DNA from: Felis catus
Lineage: Eukaryota
Reading direction: 5' to 3'
DNA length: 64,000 bases
Assembly (NCBI RefSeq): GCF_018350175.1
Contig: NC_058372.1
Location: 148,552,001 to 148,616,000, forward strand
Shown: positions 23,831-36,900 of the stretch, one piece after another
Numbering within the stretch: the stretch's first letter is position 1
How the letters are laid out: every line of letters starts with the position of its first letter
Position numbers and translations under genes: made by a program
Notes under the pieces: model-generated
What the model saw: the letters and a program-made list of their open reading frames with translations, nothing else
Told to the model about the DNA's origin: nothing
Database searches by the model: none

Positions 23831-24715
23831 AAATGATGAAGGATCCCTGGGTTTCCTTAAATGGGTAAACGGGCGGGTGGCTGTTTTCTCCACAAAGTCT
23901 GTCCCCTCCTAGGTGTCACGATAGCATTCCCCAAAATCCTGCTCTGCTCACCTCCCCCAAATATGTAACGTGTACGTGAGTGTCAAACACACCAAGGGGA
24001 ATCCGGGCACAGACGCTTAGCGGTCCGGGCACCCAACACGGAAATCCCGGGTCAGAGGACCGTGTGGGAAAAGAGAATGGCAGTCACCCAAAAGCTATGG
24101 GACAGTAGCACCGAAAGACCGAAACAAAGCGGGCCGATCTGTGACAATGTCCCTCATCCGACGGAAATGATGGAGAAGGAGCAGCAGGCGTCTGCTCTGA
24201 AGAAGGCATCGGAGACACACGCAAGGCAAAGATGACTCACCAAGAGGAGTGACAGTCGCGGGGGGATTTACAGGGTGTACGAGCATGAAAGCCAGGCTTC
24301 CATAAAACAAATGCACACTCGTATTTTATAAAACATCCAGATCCACGCCTATCCGGGCACGTGGGACGGAGTCATTCCCGGTGGTGAAGCGTAGGCAGAA
24401 AGCCTTATTAACACGCCCAGATGACAGTAAGATCTGTCACATGACCCTCTGCCACGGTGGCCGTTTCCTACCCAAAGACCTGTGCAGAAAATGGGTCAAA
24501 GATACCGATAACTTTTTGGCCAAGGAAGAGCAGAATCAGATGCGCCATGCCAAGGTGTCTACCGTGGTGAGGTGTCGTGGCAGACAGGGAGAGAGGGACC
24601 GAGTCGCAGGGATTGTCTAGGTCACCTGGCCTGACCAGGTGGCGTGGGAAACCTCAGTCATACCTAATCGGGGGCTTCCTTGTGAACGAGGAGCTTTAAA
24701 ACGTTTTGAAGCAAT

Positions 24716-25178
24716 GGGGCACCTGGGGGGCTCAGTCAGTTGAGCGTCCGACTTCATAATCTCACGGTTCGTGCGTTCAAGCCCTGCGTCGGGCTCTGTG
24801 CTGATGGCTCAGAGCCTGGCACCTGCTTTCGATTCTGTGTCTCCCTCTCTCTCTGCCCCACCCTCGCTCACGCTCTGTCTCTCTCTGTCTCAAAAATAAA
24901 TAAACGTTATGGGGCGCCTGGGTGGCGCAGTCGGTTAAGCGTCCGACTTCAGCCAGGTCATGATCTCGCAGTCCGTGAGTTCCAGCCCCGCGTCAGGCTC
25001 TGGGCTGATGGCTCAGAGCCTGGAGCCTGTTTCCCATTCTGTGTCTCCCTCTCTCTCTGCCCCTCCCCCGTTCATGCTCTGTCTCTCTCTGTCCCAAAAA
25101 TAAATAAACGTTGAAAAAAAAATTAAAAAAAAAATAATAAATAAATAAATAAATAAACGTTAAAAAAACATTTTTAAG
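24716..25178 (+). mobile_element. Can-SINE, host; tail interrupted by a younger SINE
   Basis: Outer TSD GTTTTGAAGC(A/G)AT at 24703-24715 and 25180-25192. Confidence 0.93.
24911..25146 (+). mobile_element. Young Felis-type SINEC_Fc nested in the tail of an older SINE
   Basis: GGCGCAGTCGG, CAGCCAGGTCA and GTCCCAAAAAT diagnostics; host tail AAATAAATAAACGTTA duplicated on both sides. Confidence 0.96.
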
Positions 25179-25439
25179 TGTTTTGAAGCGATTAAAAGAT
25201 CAAAAGTAAAAACTCGCATGAATATATGCATCAGAAGTAGAAAGTCACGTGACAAAAAGTCTACCTCCAACGTCCACTCTCGATGAAACTGTTAACAGAA
25301 GCCCTGAGGCAAAGCTGGGGAAGGAGGTGAAGCCCGGGGTGTGAAGGGAGTTTTACTGTCCGTGGGAATCCCGCTCATGGTTGGATACAGGCGTGTGACG
25401 TGATCGGGTCTGCATTTAGGAATAATCACCCCGATGAGG

Positions 25440-25717
25440 TTTCCCTGTCTCTACCCAAAGGCCAGCAACTCGGTCTGTGCGAAAACAAAAGACACATCCC
25501 CACAGTCTTTATCAGCATTTTTTAATGACATTCTGGAAGTATCAGGCAGTGCAGTCAGATGAGGAAGATAAAGGCATCACATGTGGGAAGGGAAGCTCAA
25601 ATCACCATTATTTGTAACTGACTACCTGGGACGCTTGAAAAAATAATCTGAACAACAAATATAAACGACACAAGAGTCAGCAAGGTAGCGGAGCACAAAA
25701 TCAGCATGCAAATATCC
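25440..25717 (+). mobile_element. Ancient L1 ORF2 (reverse transcriptase region) remnant, part 1
   Basis: CATTCTGGAAGTATCAGGCAGTGCAGTCAGA...ATAAAGGCATC...CAGCAAGGTAGCGGAGCACAAAATCAGCATGCAAATATC aligns by eye to the LEVLARAIRQ..KGIQ..FSKVAGYKINIQKS coding region. Confidence 0.75.
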
Positions 25718-25999
25718 TTCGTCCCTCTCCGTCTTTCTCTTCTTCCTTTTCTCATTCCTGAATAATTCAGTCCTCAGGCCGTCAGACAGGGCCAGACAGG
25801 CAGCTCGGCCAAGGCCAAGGGCAGCGCTGTGCTAGACTGGATCTTCGAGGTGCAGCCAGGATGTGTGTGGCACGTGTCCCCACGGGGAAGCGAGGGCAGC
25901 AGTGAGGGGAGAAAGTTCATCAGCTAGCACGGGTGTAGATACAGCCAGCCGGGTGTCTCGCTATCAGAGAAGAGAGTGGGAAAGGAAAAATCAAGAATG

Positions 26000-27200
26000 C
26001 GCCCTGAAACAGTGGTTTGGAACGGAAGTGTTGGTAAGAACTCCCAGTTCTGAATACCGATTAAATATAGGAAAAACTACAGATGCGAACGTGTTTATAC
26101 ACGTGTGTATGTCTCAGTCTCTCTACATAGCGAGATACAGAGAAAGAGATCAAGACGTGAGGTGGACGTGTGTGTGCCCAAAGGTACAGAGGTGACCTTG
26201 AAGCAGCCTGTGCTAGCCAAATCTAGGACGACGTGAGCTTCAAAATAATAATGGCTGTAATGCATGATAACCTGTAAGACACCAAGACTTCAAACTCATG
26301 TATATCAACAAGTGAATGAGTGGAAAAGGAAGGAGTTTGAAAAGGAAAAGAGTATTTGCAGGATCGAAGTACCTTCCCACAATTCCTTACTGCTCAGAAT
26401 GGAGGGGAGGGGGGATGCGTAACTTTCCGACAGAGAAAACTGGAACACGCTACCCTAAAACAAGAGATGGAGCGGTCAAGGTGGACGTCGTCAGTTACAG
26501 GGTAAATCTAATTCCGGGGCCACCTGTCAAAACACAGTAAGAGGAACACAGCATAGTTTCTGTGATGTTCCTCCCGGCAGGGCGGAGCCTGGATCTACCT
26601 TGAGCACACATCAGAACTAACTCAAACCAATTAAAAACACCAAGGCAGGGCGCCTGGGTGGCTCAGTCCGTTGAGCGTCTGAGTTCAGCTCAGCTCATGA
26701 TCTCCCGGTTCGCGAGTTCGAGCCCCACGTCGGGCTCTGTGCTGACAGCTCAGAGCCTGGAGCCTGCTTCCTATTCTGTGTCTCCCTCTCTCTCTGTCCC
26801 TCCACCACTCGTGCTCTGTCTGTCTCTCTCAAAAACTAAATAAACATAAAAAAGAAATTTTTAAACACCAAAGCGATAAAAGTCTTTCCAACAGCTCCAG
26901 ACTGAAGGAGACTAAAGAAAAGACAAATGCACAGGTAGGTCTGGACCTGACCCTTTGCTATTAAGGATATTATTAGAACGGCTGGAAAACGTGAGCGGGG
27001 TCTGGAGGTTAGATGGCAACGAGAGACCAATGTTTGGTTCTAGTTTTTGATGGCTGTATCGCATTCGTGTAAAAGCCAGCCCTGGTTTGTAGAAAGTGCA
27101 CACTACAATGGTCAGGGTGATGGTTCCGGTTAAAGAAAGCCTTTCTACTGTACTTCAACTTTTCTGTAAGTTTGAGATCGTGTCAAGATTTAAAAAGCAG
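26000..27200 (+). mobile_element. L1MC-like 3' UTR fragment
   Basis: CCAGACTGAAGGAGACTAAAGA, GGATATTATTAG and TTTTCTGTAAGTTTGAGAT terminal motifs typical of L1MC3/4 3' ends. Confidence 0.7.
26647..26862 (+). mobile_element. Can-SINE
   Basis: TSD AAACACCA(A)(G/A)GC at ~26635 and 26863. Confidence 0.95.
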
Positions 27201-27206
27201 TTTACA

Positions 27207-27432
27207 GGGGCACCCGGGTGACTCAGTCGGTTAAGCGTCAGACTCTTGATTTCGGCTCAGGTCATGGACTCAACGTTCCTGGGATCGAGCCCCGAGTTGG
27301 GCTCTGTGCTGATAGCGAGGACCCTGCTTGGGATTCTCTCTCTCTCCGTCTCTCTCTGCCCCTGCCCTGCTCTCATGCGCGCACACACACTCTTTCTCTC
27401 AAAATAAATAAATAAACATTGAAAAAAATCAG
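27207..27432 (+). mobile_element. Can-SINE (older subfamily)
   Basis: GACTCTTGATTTC variant; TSD AAGCAGTTTA(C/T)A. Confidence 0.94.
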
Positions 27433-27447
27433 AAGCAGTTTATAAAA

Positions 27448-27600
27448 ATAGCATTCACCACACACAAGAAACTAGTCTAAAAAAATTAATGGGAAAAATA
27501 ATTCCATTTATAAGACCATACTTAAGAATAAATTTAGAGGAAACAGGCAGGATCCATATGAAGCAAAGTGGGAAATACTACTAACTGTCAAAAAAGCAGA
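27448..27600 (+). mobile_element. Ancient L1 ORF2 remnant, part 2
   Basis: ATAGCATTC...AATAATTCCATTTATAAG...ATACTTAAGAATAAATTTA aligns to the IAF..IPFTI..KYLGINL region that directly follows part 1. Confidence 0.7.
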
Positions 27601-27677
27601 CATTTTAAATTATATACCTTTTGTGTCTTTCCAATTTTTACAAGTTACGTTTACTTTTTATTCAAGAACAAATTTTA

Positions 27678-27905
27678 GGGGCGCCAGGATGTCTCAGTCG
27701 GTTAAGCGTCTGACTTTGGCTCAGGTCATGATTTCACAGTTCGTGGGTTGGAGCCCCATGGGGGGCTCTGTGCTGACAGCTCGGAGCCTGGAGCCTGCTC
27801 CGGATTCTGTGTGTGTGTCTCTCTCTGCCCCTCCCCTGGCTCATGCTCTCTCTCTCTCTCGCTCTCTCTCCCTCCCTCAAAAATAAATAAATATTTAAAA
27901 AAATT
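27678..27905 (+). mobile_element. Can-SINE
   Basis: GGGGCGCCAGG head, (CT)n, AATAAA tail. Confidence 0.94.
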
Positions 27906-29385
27906 AAAACAAAAAATTTAAAAAATTACAGCAACAAAGATAGCATGTGGACGCAAATATGGCCGGAACAAGAATTTTCAGCGGGCCCGGCTTCAGGGAG
28001 GGCTGGTCTGAAAACATCTCTTCTAAATAAAGGGGAAAAGTTGCACGGGATTGGACTCTGGCTGTTAAACCCACATGCTGGTACATGAGCCACGGCTCCT
28101 CACTGCCTCCTGAACATGTCAAGATGACTCAACTCAACCAAGCCTTCGAGAAATGGATCGCTCCCTTCTAGAAGACTCTATAACCCTTTGGATGGCCTCC
28201 ATGAGACTGCTCACTTAAGGGCTGGTGTTACACGTTCTTATCTTCCTGTAAAGACTGAAAATTCCTTAAGGGCTGGGAAAAATGCTCCCCTGGCCACCAG
28301 TAGCCAGGGGGTTGGTACTTTGAGCAGAGGAGGCATGAGACTGTGTGACAGTGAACTCGTTCTCTTTTCCCTCTCTCGATCCGAACTCACACCCAGATTG
28401 TTACTGGGGCCTCATCAGTTAAGAACCAAGTGGGGTGGAAAGGGAGTAAAACACCAGTAATGTACTGCCTCTAAGTTTTAAAAAGAGAGCTAGAAAGTCT
28501 CAATCATCAGACCCGGGTTCTGACAACCACGGCTGTTCCACACATTTCCAAAGATTATTTGGCATTAATTTCTGCAGATTGGCGTGTGTGGACAGCCACA
28601 AAGCTTTTCTTTATTTATTTCATTATTTTACCTCTTTACCTATCAAACCTAGACTAGCCAGATTTCGGCACTTGAGGTGGAAAAGTAAAGAACTGTATGT
28701 ACCCACTGCATTTAACTTGAAACATTTTAAAGCATAAAATAACAAGTGATCCCTGAAAATGTACCCATGGCATAAATACCGGGGGCTAAAGTCCAGCCTC
28801 CTGGGGTTTGAGGGGTGAAAACCTACGCTCTGTATCAGTGGAAGCCTAAAGGACTCTCACTCGAAAAAAATAAAGAAAAGGTAAATACTCCCTAAGCACA
28901 TATAGATTGAGAACCAGATGTGACAAGTTTTCAAGAGCACAGAAATGGTTTTGGAGAGGACAGTGTGCCTTTCGCTCCGCGGTGGACGGTGAAGCTGTTT
29001 TTGCTCCTCGGGGGATCGAGGACTCTGGTTCCCGGTGGGGACTGACACTGCCTGGGGGGGGGAAGGGTTCACACCGACTGCTCCGATCCGCCCTGGACCT
29101 TCTCATCTGTCTTCCTGGTTCCTTTCCTCCTCCCTCTCCCCGTGCTGGGTTCCAACGCGTGGGTTCCTGTCTCAGAGGTTAACGTAAAGTCATTCGCCGT
29201 CTACCTACTCTGTGCCCATCCCTGGAAGAAAAGCAGGAATGATGAGTTGATCGGGCTCTAAATATATATATTCTTTTCAATCTAGCTGGGGAGCCACAGC
29301 CTCACACGGAAACCTTCGATGCACAATCTCGGAGCCGTCCTGGAAGTGGCTCGGGGCAGGGCTGCCTTGGTCAGCGATGTGACAG

Positions 29386-29388
<3 letters not shown>

Positions 29389-29422
<34 letters not shown>
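29389..29422 (+). repeat. G34 homopolymer
   Basis: Read directly. Confidence 0.95.
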
Positions 29423-29423
<1 letters not shown>

Positions 29424-29717
29424 GCAGAGGCCTCGTAGGTGCCGCCCCGTTAACGCATTCCCAAAGCACAGGGCCCTCCGGGTCACAACCCTTGGTCCAA
29501 AGAGACTTGCTTTAATTTACTGTTTTTCACCAAGAGGCCAGGACAATTCTGGAGCTGTGGGACCGCCGTCACCAAGACAGCTGCCAAATATGGTCTAGAC
29601 CGGCGATTTTGTTCCTTTTTCAACTCCTAGGAAGAAACATATTCTTACAATAGACCAAATATACACAGGCCACTAAATAATACCTGCCCATTCTGCTGGA
29701 CCCTCTAGCTCTCCTTG

Positions 29718-29845
29718 TCCTTCCCCTCCCCTCCCCTCCCTCCCCTCCCCCTCCTCCCCCTCTCCTCCCCTCCCCTTCCTTTTCCTCACTTCCCCATCCC
29801 CTTCTGCCCCCCCTCCTCCTCTCCCTTGCCTTCTCCCCCATTCCA
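29718..29845 (+). repeat. Polypyrimidine (CCCCT-like) low-complexity tract
   Basis: Pure C/T from 29718 to 29787 and nearly pure to ~29845. Confidence 0.9.
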
Positions 29846-31451
29846 TTGTTTTTACAAATCTGGTTGGGATTCACCAAAAATACGTTTCGTGACTCCCAAG
29901 TAGGTTACTACCCACCATCTGAGAAACACTGGGTGAGGGCAGAGGACAGGCTGATGACGGGGTGGGGAGAAGACCCATCATCGCCAGGAATGCCCGCATG
30001 CGTGTGGAATGACTCGGCATTGCTTATTTGCAAACATAGCACCCCAGTTCTCCATGCAAGGTGCTTGTTCTTTATCGTAATCCCTCCGCTTGGCTATCCG
30101 GTCAATTCCCTTCTTCGGTAACACGACAAAATTTCTTGACAAAACTTAAGCATGCTTGCCTATGTATTATCTGCCTTGGAAAGAAGTCATCGAAGCAAAA
30201 CAAGTTCTGATATTTTCTATCACCTCCAGCGCACTACTTGATTCAGCCTATTACATTTTTAATTAATTCTTAAATAACGTTATAAAGGTTTACGGCAATT
30301 TTGAAATTGCTTTCCCACGCCGTGTACAGACCATCACTAGTAATTCGTGCAGAGCGGCTCATCAGCGCACATTCGTAAGGTTTTGTTTCTTCGCGTTGCC
30401 CCCCCCCCGCCCCACGTGCGTACATATTTGCCAAGTGATAACTCATTACTCTACAGCGTTTCCCTCTTCTCTAGAATCTTTCAGGCCAATGGAAGGAAGA
30501 AGCGTCTGAACACTATTGAACCGGTCCCCAAGCCACACGGGACGTGGGCGGCGCCTGGGACCCCACCGGAGCTCCAGACTCAGGAGGGGAAGGTGCCACC
30601 ACTGGGGGAGATGGCCCTGGCCTCACGGAGGAGACAGAAACTCCGAGGGGATCCACGGATGCTTCAAGTTGCCACAGAGAGACACCGAGCAGAGAAAGGA
30701 GCCCTCAGAAGAGGAAGCTTCGTAAGCACTCTTGGAAGGTACTTGTCCTCTTAGCGGCAAGGTGCGGTACCCGGAAGGCAGGAATGAGGTGAACACAGAT
30801 ATTAAGGCCTCCCTGTGCGTCGCTATTGTGAGTTGACAAACCACGGGCTCCTCCATGATCCCCCTGGGTCTCCTTTAGGACACCCGTGGGGCGGACCTTC
30901 ACGCCAAAGGAGAGTGTTTGTGCCTGATTCTACTAGAGAACCAAATTAGTGCTGGTGATTTCCTGCTGGGAGAAGGGGCAGGGGTAGGGGTGGCTGTCCT
31001 GTTTGATGCACCATCTCGTGTCCTGCCCTCTTAGAGAAAGAGACCCCGCCCGTCTCACTGTGCAAGAATGAGGAATTCCATCTCTGGGCTAGTTCCTATT
31101 TTGGCTGGGCCAGCAGGCTCTCTGCTCTGGGGCGGAGGATCTCACCTGGCCTTGGCCTCGTTATCTGGGGGAATGAGTGATGCAAGGAGCCAAGTCCAAG
31201 ACTGTGGGTCCCATCCCTCTCCCCGTGACTGTCCCTCACGTCCGTGTGCGGTTCCAGAACCTTCCTGAAAACCCCTTGCTCTGTACTTCCTCCTCTTCGG
31301 ATTTCACCACCTGTACCTGCGAGGAGCCTCAAGGGAGAGCTGAGGGCACGGAGTCCATCTAGGGGCTCCCCTAAAAGTCCTCCTTCGCCTCTTTCGGTAG
31401 TACATTCTGTGCATCCTACATCCGCAGAAAAGTTCCATTAAAAAGGGAGTG

Positions 31452-31620
31452 CAATCATTCATCTACACATTCATTCAGCAAATATTTCAGAGCACTGAAT
31501 GTTGCCAGGCTTTATTCTATCTTCTAGAAGTACACTGTAAAAAACAAACAAGCAAGCAAACAAACAAAACCTTCTACCTTTATGAAAAACACATTTTCCT
31601 AGGGAGAGACAGGCAGGCCA
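31452..31620 (-). mobile_element. L2 3'-end fragment
   Basis: CATTCATTCAGCAAATATTTCAGAGCACTGAATGTTGCCAGGC is the reverse-complemented L2 terminus. Confidence 0.75.
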
Positions 31621-33720
31621 TAAAAAAAAAAGTGACCAAATTAGAAAACTTCAGAGAGCATTTTGTCCTAGGACTTAAACATCTCATCGCCCAGTGATGA
31701 CCTTGACCCTAACCCCAAGGTCATGCCCATTCTCAACGACCCTGTATGGCCAGCACTTAGCACTGGCCCAGTGCTAAATCCGAAGATGTCTGACAAACAG
31801 AATAAAATGGGATAAAATATACAGTAGCAGGCACATTGGATAATCCTTGTTGATTTTCTTTCTTCTGATGAAAGTCTAACCCTATTTTCAACGGCTTAGC
31901 ACACGCGTGAGGCTGGCCCCAGCGTCACTCTCAGTGACTCCATGAAATCCTGCCATTGGCAGAATTTCAATGCCACTTTGAAATTCCTTTGCATTGCATT
32001 TCAGACAACTAAATAGCAATGACTTCACAAACCTGACGATCAGACGGAAAATAACAAAAACTGGAGGAAATGGTCAAGAAAAGAGCTTAATATTAAGCAG
32101 CGGGTAGGACAGATGACCACACTAACAGTTGACAGAGGACTTTCCTTGGATGTTACAACAAATCACTCTTCCCCCTATTCTCCGGACCTTCATAATGAAG
32201 TAACACAACACTTACACGCTATAAGCCATTGTTGTTTATGCGTGTGAATTACCGCTTTTCTCATTGCACAGCCTCCTTTGTGAGTTACCACTGAGTCCGG
32301 AGTCGGTACAATTTGTCCATTTCTTCACACAACCATAACCAAAGTCTTAGAGGTCTGACCCCCATCCCCCCCAGGGTCATCCAATTCAACCTTCCAAAGT
32401 TAGGAGGAGGAAACAGACACGTGTCTGTTTCCAGACACGTGCAATTTCCTTTCTGGCCCAACAGTGAGCACTGACTCTTGGACTCCACTCTGCACCCTTG
32501 AACATCCCTTTCCCCGACTCCCCTCTCTCCTGCATCCTCTGTGGCACCGCCTGCACCACACTGGCCTCTCTGCTGGGAGCCAGAGAAACTAACAGAACTG
32601 AAAAGTCGTCTCAACTGTCGCTCTTTGCTATCAAACCTCTGTAAGAATGTTCTTTAACATCAATTCTTGGTCCAGAGGTCATAACCACTTCTTTTTTACT
32701 AATGATTATAAATCACCCTTTAAGAGAGTTTTTCTCATGATAAAACAGTCTCATCAATTATTTTTTAGAAATTGATCTGTTAGGAAAAAAATTCCAACTA
32801 GTTTTGGGGGTCATGGAGATGCAAGGCAGCTACCAACCTAGATGTTTATTTCCCTTCTGAGTTTTAGAGCCACAGAATTGATAATACTCCCCCTGCCTCC
32901 AGTTCCAGATGCCCCCCCAAAACCCACAATCCATTAGTGACACAGAGAAGCCACAAAACCCGAATGCCATTGTGATGTCAAAAAGGTACACAGAGGAAGC
33001 AACATGTTTGGTTCAGTCATTAACTCATCAGATGAAGGAATAGCTACCCGTAGATGGTTTCCTGCAGCTCAGGAAGTCTGGGGGAGTATAAAATATGAGT
33101 AGACCATAGTCCTGTGCAAACCTGCCCTGCTTCCCCTCTACACAGAGCCCCCCCCCCCTTCAGGGGACTCTGCCGTGGCGGGAATCTGGAAAACTGTGCC
33201 AGATGGGGTCTTAACCAATTTCATCAAAAATAGAAACTACTTATTTTTAAAGGGAATGCAATAGTGAACAGTGGACATCATTTTCATCCAAATATCATCC
33301 TAAAAGAAAAAAAGAGCAAAAACTAGAAGACGAAACGCTGCAGAACAATGAGGACGCAGACAGGAAGACAGACTCGGGGAGCCTACAGGGCCAGGAAGGT
33401 AGACTTCCCACCAGGACAAAGCTGGGCAAACAGGGCCTCCTGCTGTGTCTCAGGGCAGGGTGCCTGATGAAATGTCCTGTGGTCAAACCAGTTTCTAAGC
33501 AGACAATAATTCCTCGGAAAGAAACTACCATAAAGAGAATGCGAAGAGAGTGGGAAACTAAGAGTATCCGCCCGTGGAATGAGATCAATCAATAAACTTA
33601 TTCAGTGTTTTCATCAGAGACTCTTCCCGTGCAGCCTTCAACACAGCCATCATCTTCACAGCTAACTGAACAATGGGACGTGGTCTTGGATCGAAGTTCA
33701 GAGCAACGAAGAAAAGTACA

Positions 33721-33938
33721 GGGCGCCTGGGTGGCTCAGTCGGTTAGGCATCGAACTTCAGCTCAGGTCATGATCTCACGGTTCGTGGGTTCGAGCCCCG
33801 GGTCGCGCTCTATGCTGACTGCTCAGAGCCTGGAGCCTGCTTCGGATTCTGGGTCTCCCTCTCTCTCTGACCCTCCCCCATTCATACTCTGTCTCTCTGT
33901 CTTAAAAATAAATAAACGTTAAAAAAATTTTGAAAAAA
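33721..33938 (+). mobile_element. Can-SINE
   Basis: Full length. TSD AAGAAAAGTACA at 33709-33720 and 33939-33950. Confidence 0.96.
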
Positions 33939-36900
33939 AAGAAAAGTACAAGCACAGTAAAACAAAAACTGTGGGCTGGAAGTGTCTACCGGCACACCAA
34001 ACTTCTCTTAGTTGGAAAGACAAAACTTTACAAAGTTAACATTGTATGCAAACATCTTTCATCAGTATAATCCGAACACGTGTTGGACACAGGGCCAGCT
34101 GGGATCCACGAGAGGACTATATCCTGACCGTGATTTTACATGCGTGCATGCACACACACACACACGCACGCCAGGCACATGTGCGTGCGAGTGCACACGC
34201 ATGCATGCATGTCAAATAATTCCAATGGGCATCCAAAGAAATGTTCAGCCAACGCTAGGACAATGCACTTCCTTCTCCTGTTTACTCAGCTAAATGAAAT
34301 AGGATGGCACGATCACAGTCAGGGAGAAAACCAAAGCCTTCCATGTGCCTTCACCATGACCCATTTACGACCTTGCCTGCATCCCCATAAGGAATCTCCT
34401 TTAGAGACACTATCAAGGGGGCAGGAGCCATTCGAACACAACAACCGGGAAATACCCACACCTCCCAGCCAGGCCTGGGAACCGTGTGCACCTGGCATAG
34501 ACCGGTGAGAGGTGAGGGCATGAAAAGGCACAATGGATCTTTGTTCCTACATTCAAAGGTCCCACCACACTCTCTCCAGGTAGCCTGCGTGCTTATCAGC
34601 TATTTCAAACTTTGGATCAATGCACCCTGCTGACAGATGGTCTTGTAATCCATGCCTACCACTGGAATTTAATTTCCAATCGCCTTAACTTACCGCATGC
34701 TGTATCGTATGCTCTCAATGGTTAAAATGAACAAACACACTGGCCTTCCGAGTTGTGGAAACTTTTAACAGAAGCCCCTTCTGATAGTCAAGGTCAGCAA
34801 GACGGATGTAAATATTTTTCTCTATTCTTCCGTGTGCACACTGTCAACTTTGGCCAAGAGGTCCAAAGGAAAAGACAAGAACAGCACTGAGTGCGGAGGT
34901 GGAGGACATCCAGTTCCTTAACCACGGGGATGAGGGTCTTTGCACATTTCAGCGCACGCGCATCACGCGTGGCTCACACCCGTTTTCTCCCGGCCTCCCC
35001 ATCTCCCACTGTCAAGGTGTGCACAGCCATAAACTCTACCATATAGGCAGAAGATATGTTTCCCCCACCTGGGGCGTGTGCCCGGCTACCATTTCCCAAA
35101 GAAACGCATTCACAATAATACAGTAGTTGCATGTTTACACTCTTAATGGTTTCTACAGTTACATACTCGCGGGCAATTATCAAGTGGCATTTTTTATTTG
35201 CCAAATACAAAGGATACGGTAAAATCATTAGAGATTTTTAAGCCCTAAAACAAAACCAATCTGTAGAACAGGTCATCCCAAAATTATTATAATCTCGGAG
35301 TAATATGGATGCGTTCTGTTCCCGGTCCCGACCTGCAAAATATTCCCAGCAAAGGAACGTAGAAATTATTTGCTGTTAGTACAGGACCTCCACAGCCTAC
35401 CTTTTTAAATGCTAAAACCATGCGTTTCAACAAAAAAAGACGAGACGCGTCTGTTAAGATACAACTCGAATTTCTTTTACAACTGGAAGACATGTATTCG
35501 TCAATTAGTAAAACGCTGTAAAATGCCCCCATGTTGTTATTTGCCATGATAATGATGTCATTTCCCATGGACGTCACTAGCAGCTTCACCAGAAGAACAT
35601 GCTATGTATCTTTGAGAGTAACCCTCAGGTCAAACCCGGATGCTGGGTACACAGCTGATGAATTTGTCAGATACCCAAGGTGATACCAAATTATTCTCCT
35701 CAAAGACGGAAAACCACCGACCGTTCAGATCCAGTCATTTGCCACATTTGCATTTCTTACCAAATGCCAGTTTTCCAGCAAAACGAATGTAAGAAACGTA
35801 CTGACTTTTGCTCTAAGATCATAACTGAGCAAATAAAGTCAAAACACGGGCAGTCACGAAAATGCAACCCGTTTCCAGGTAAGCGGACAACAATATGCTC
35901 TCACCTATTTCTATTAAATCCCAGACGCACTGTCCAGGGATGGCCAACACCCGACCTCTGCTTTAGAATGCACACAAGCCGTGCAAAAGGTTCCCAGTGG
36001 GCCCAGAGATTCAGGTCTCGTGCGCAGGAAGGACTTTGGTGACTCTGTGTTTCTTATGACGTCAAGGGAGAAGAGCCATCGACTCCCATCTTGGAGACAC
36101 ACGCCCATGTCTCCCGGTGCTCTGCTCAGACCTGCGCCTGCCGCCAACCAAGACCACAAAGCTGAGTTCTGGAAAGCAAAGCCATCGCTCAAAACAACCC
36201 CTCCACCTGCCTCGATTCAGGTCACGCCCCCTGTCCTCTTCCACAGCTTAACCGACAGCAAAACATTTGCACCGGGTCATCTTTCCTTTGTATTTTCATG
36301 ACAGCCTAGACCGGGCTTAACCGGCTCCTTTGGGCCTACTTTCCTCCAAATCCCCGATGCTTTCAGTGAAATGAAAGGTGTCTGTTTGGGTTTCTTTCCT
36401 GTGGGGACCAGACGCCCAGGTATCACTTTTGTTTCCACGGGAAATTGCCCTCTTCACTTTGTCCTTGCTATTACTCCAGGCAGAGGAGCACCCAACTGCT
36501 TTCATCACGACATCTCTCCTCGAAATCACAACACGTCACCCAATTTGCTTCAAACCTCCCCTCCAACTTCAGGAGAAAGCAGAGGGCCTGCCTGTGCAGG
36601 GGTGAGGATTCAGCATGACGCAACCCTCAGCCTGCCTGGATTGGAGAAGCATGGAAGAAGTCGACATCCTCCCTGCTGTCCCTCACCGGCCACAGACACT
36701 CGGGGACAGCCCTGGCACCCCACCCTCTCGACACAGGTGTCCAACACAAGCAGCCACGCAGCCCGTGCGTCCACAGGACAGCCGGTCACACCAGCACCCA
36801 CGACGGCAGGGCAGGCAGAGGACCTGGAAAGGGTCGGCAGCCCCCAACCCACACCTCCCCGGCCTCCTCCTGCTCCTCTCCCCTCCCACCCCACCTTCCC

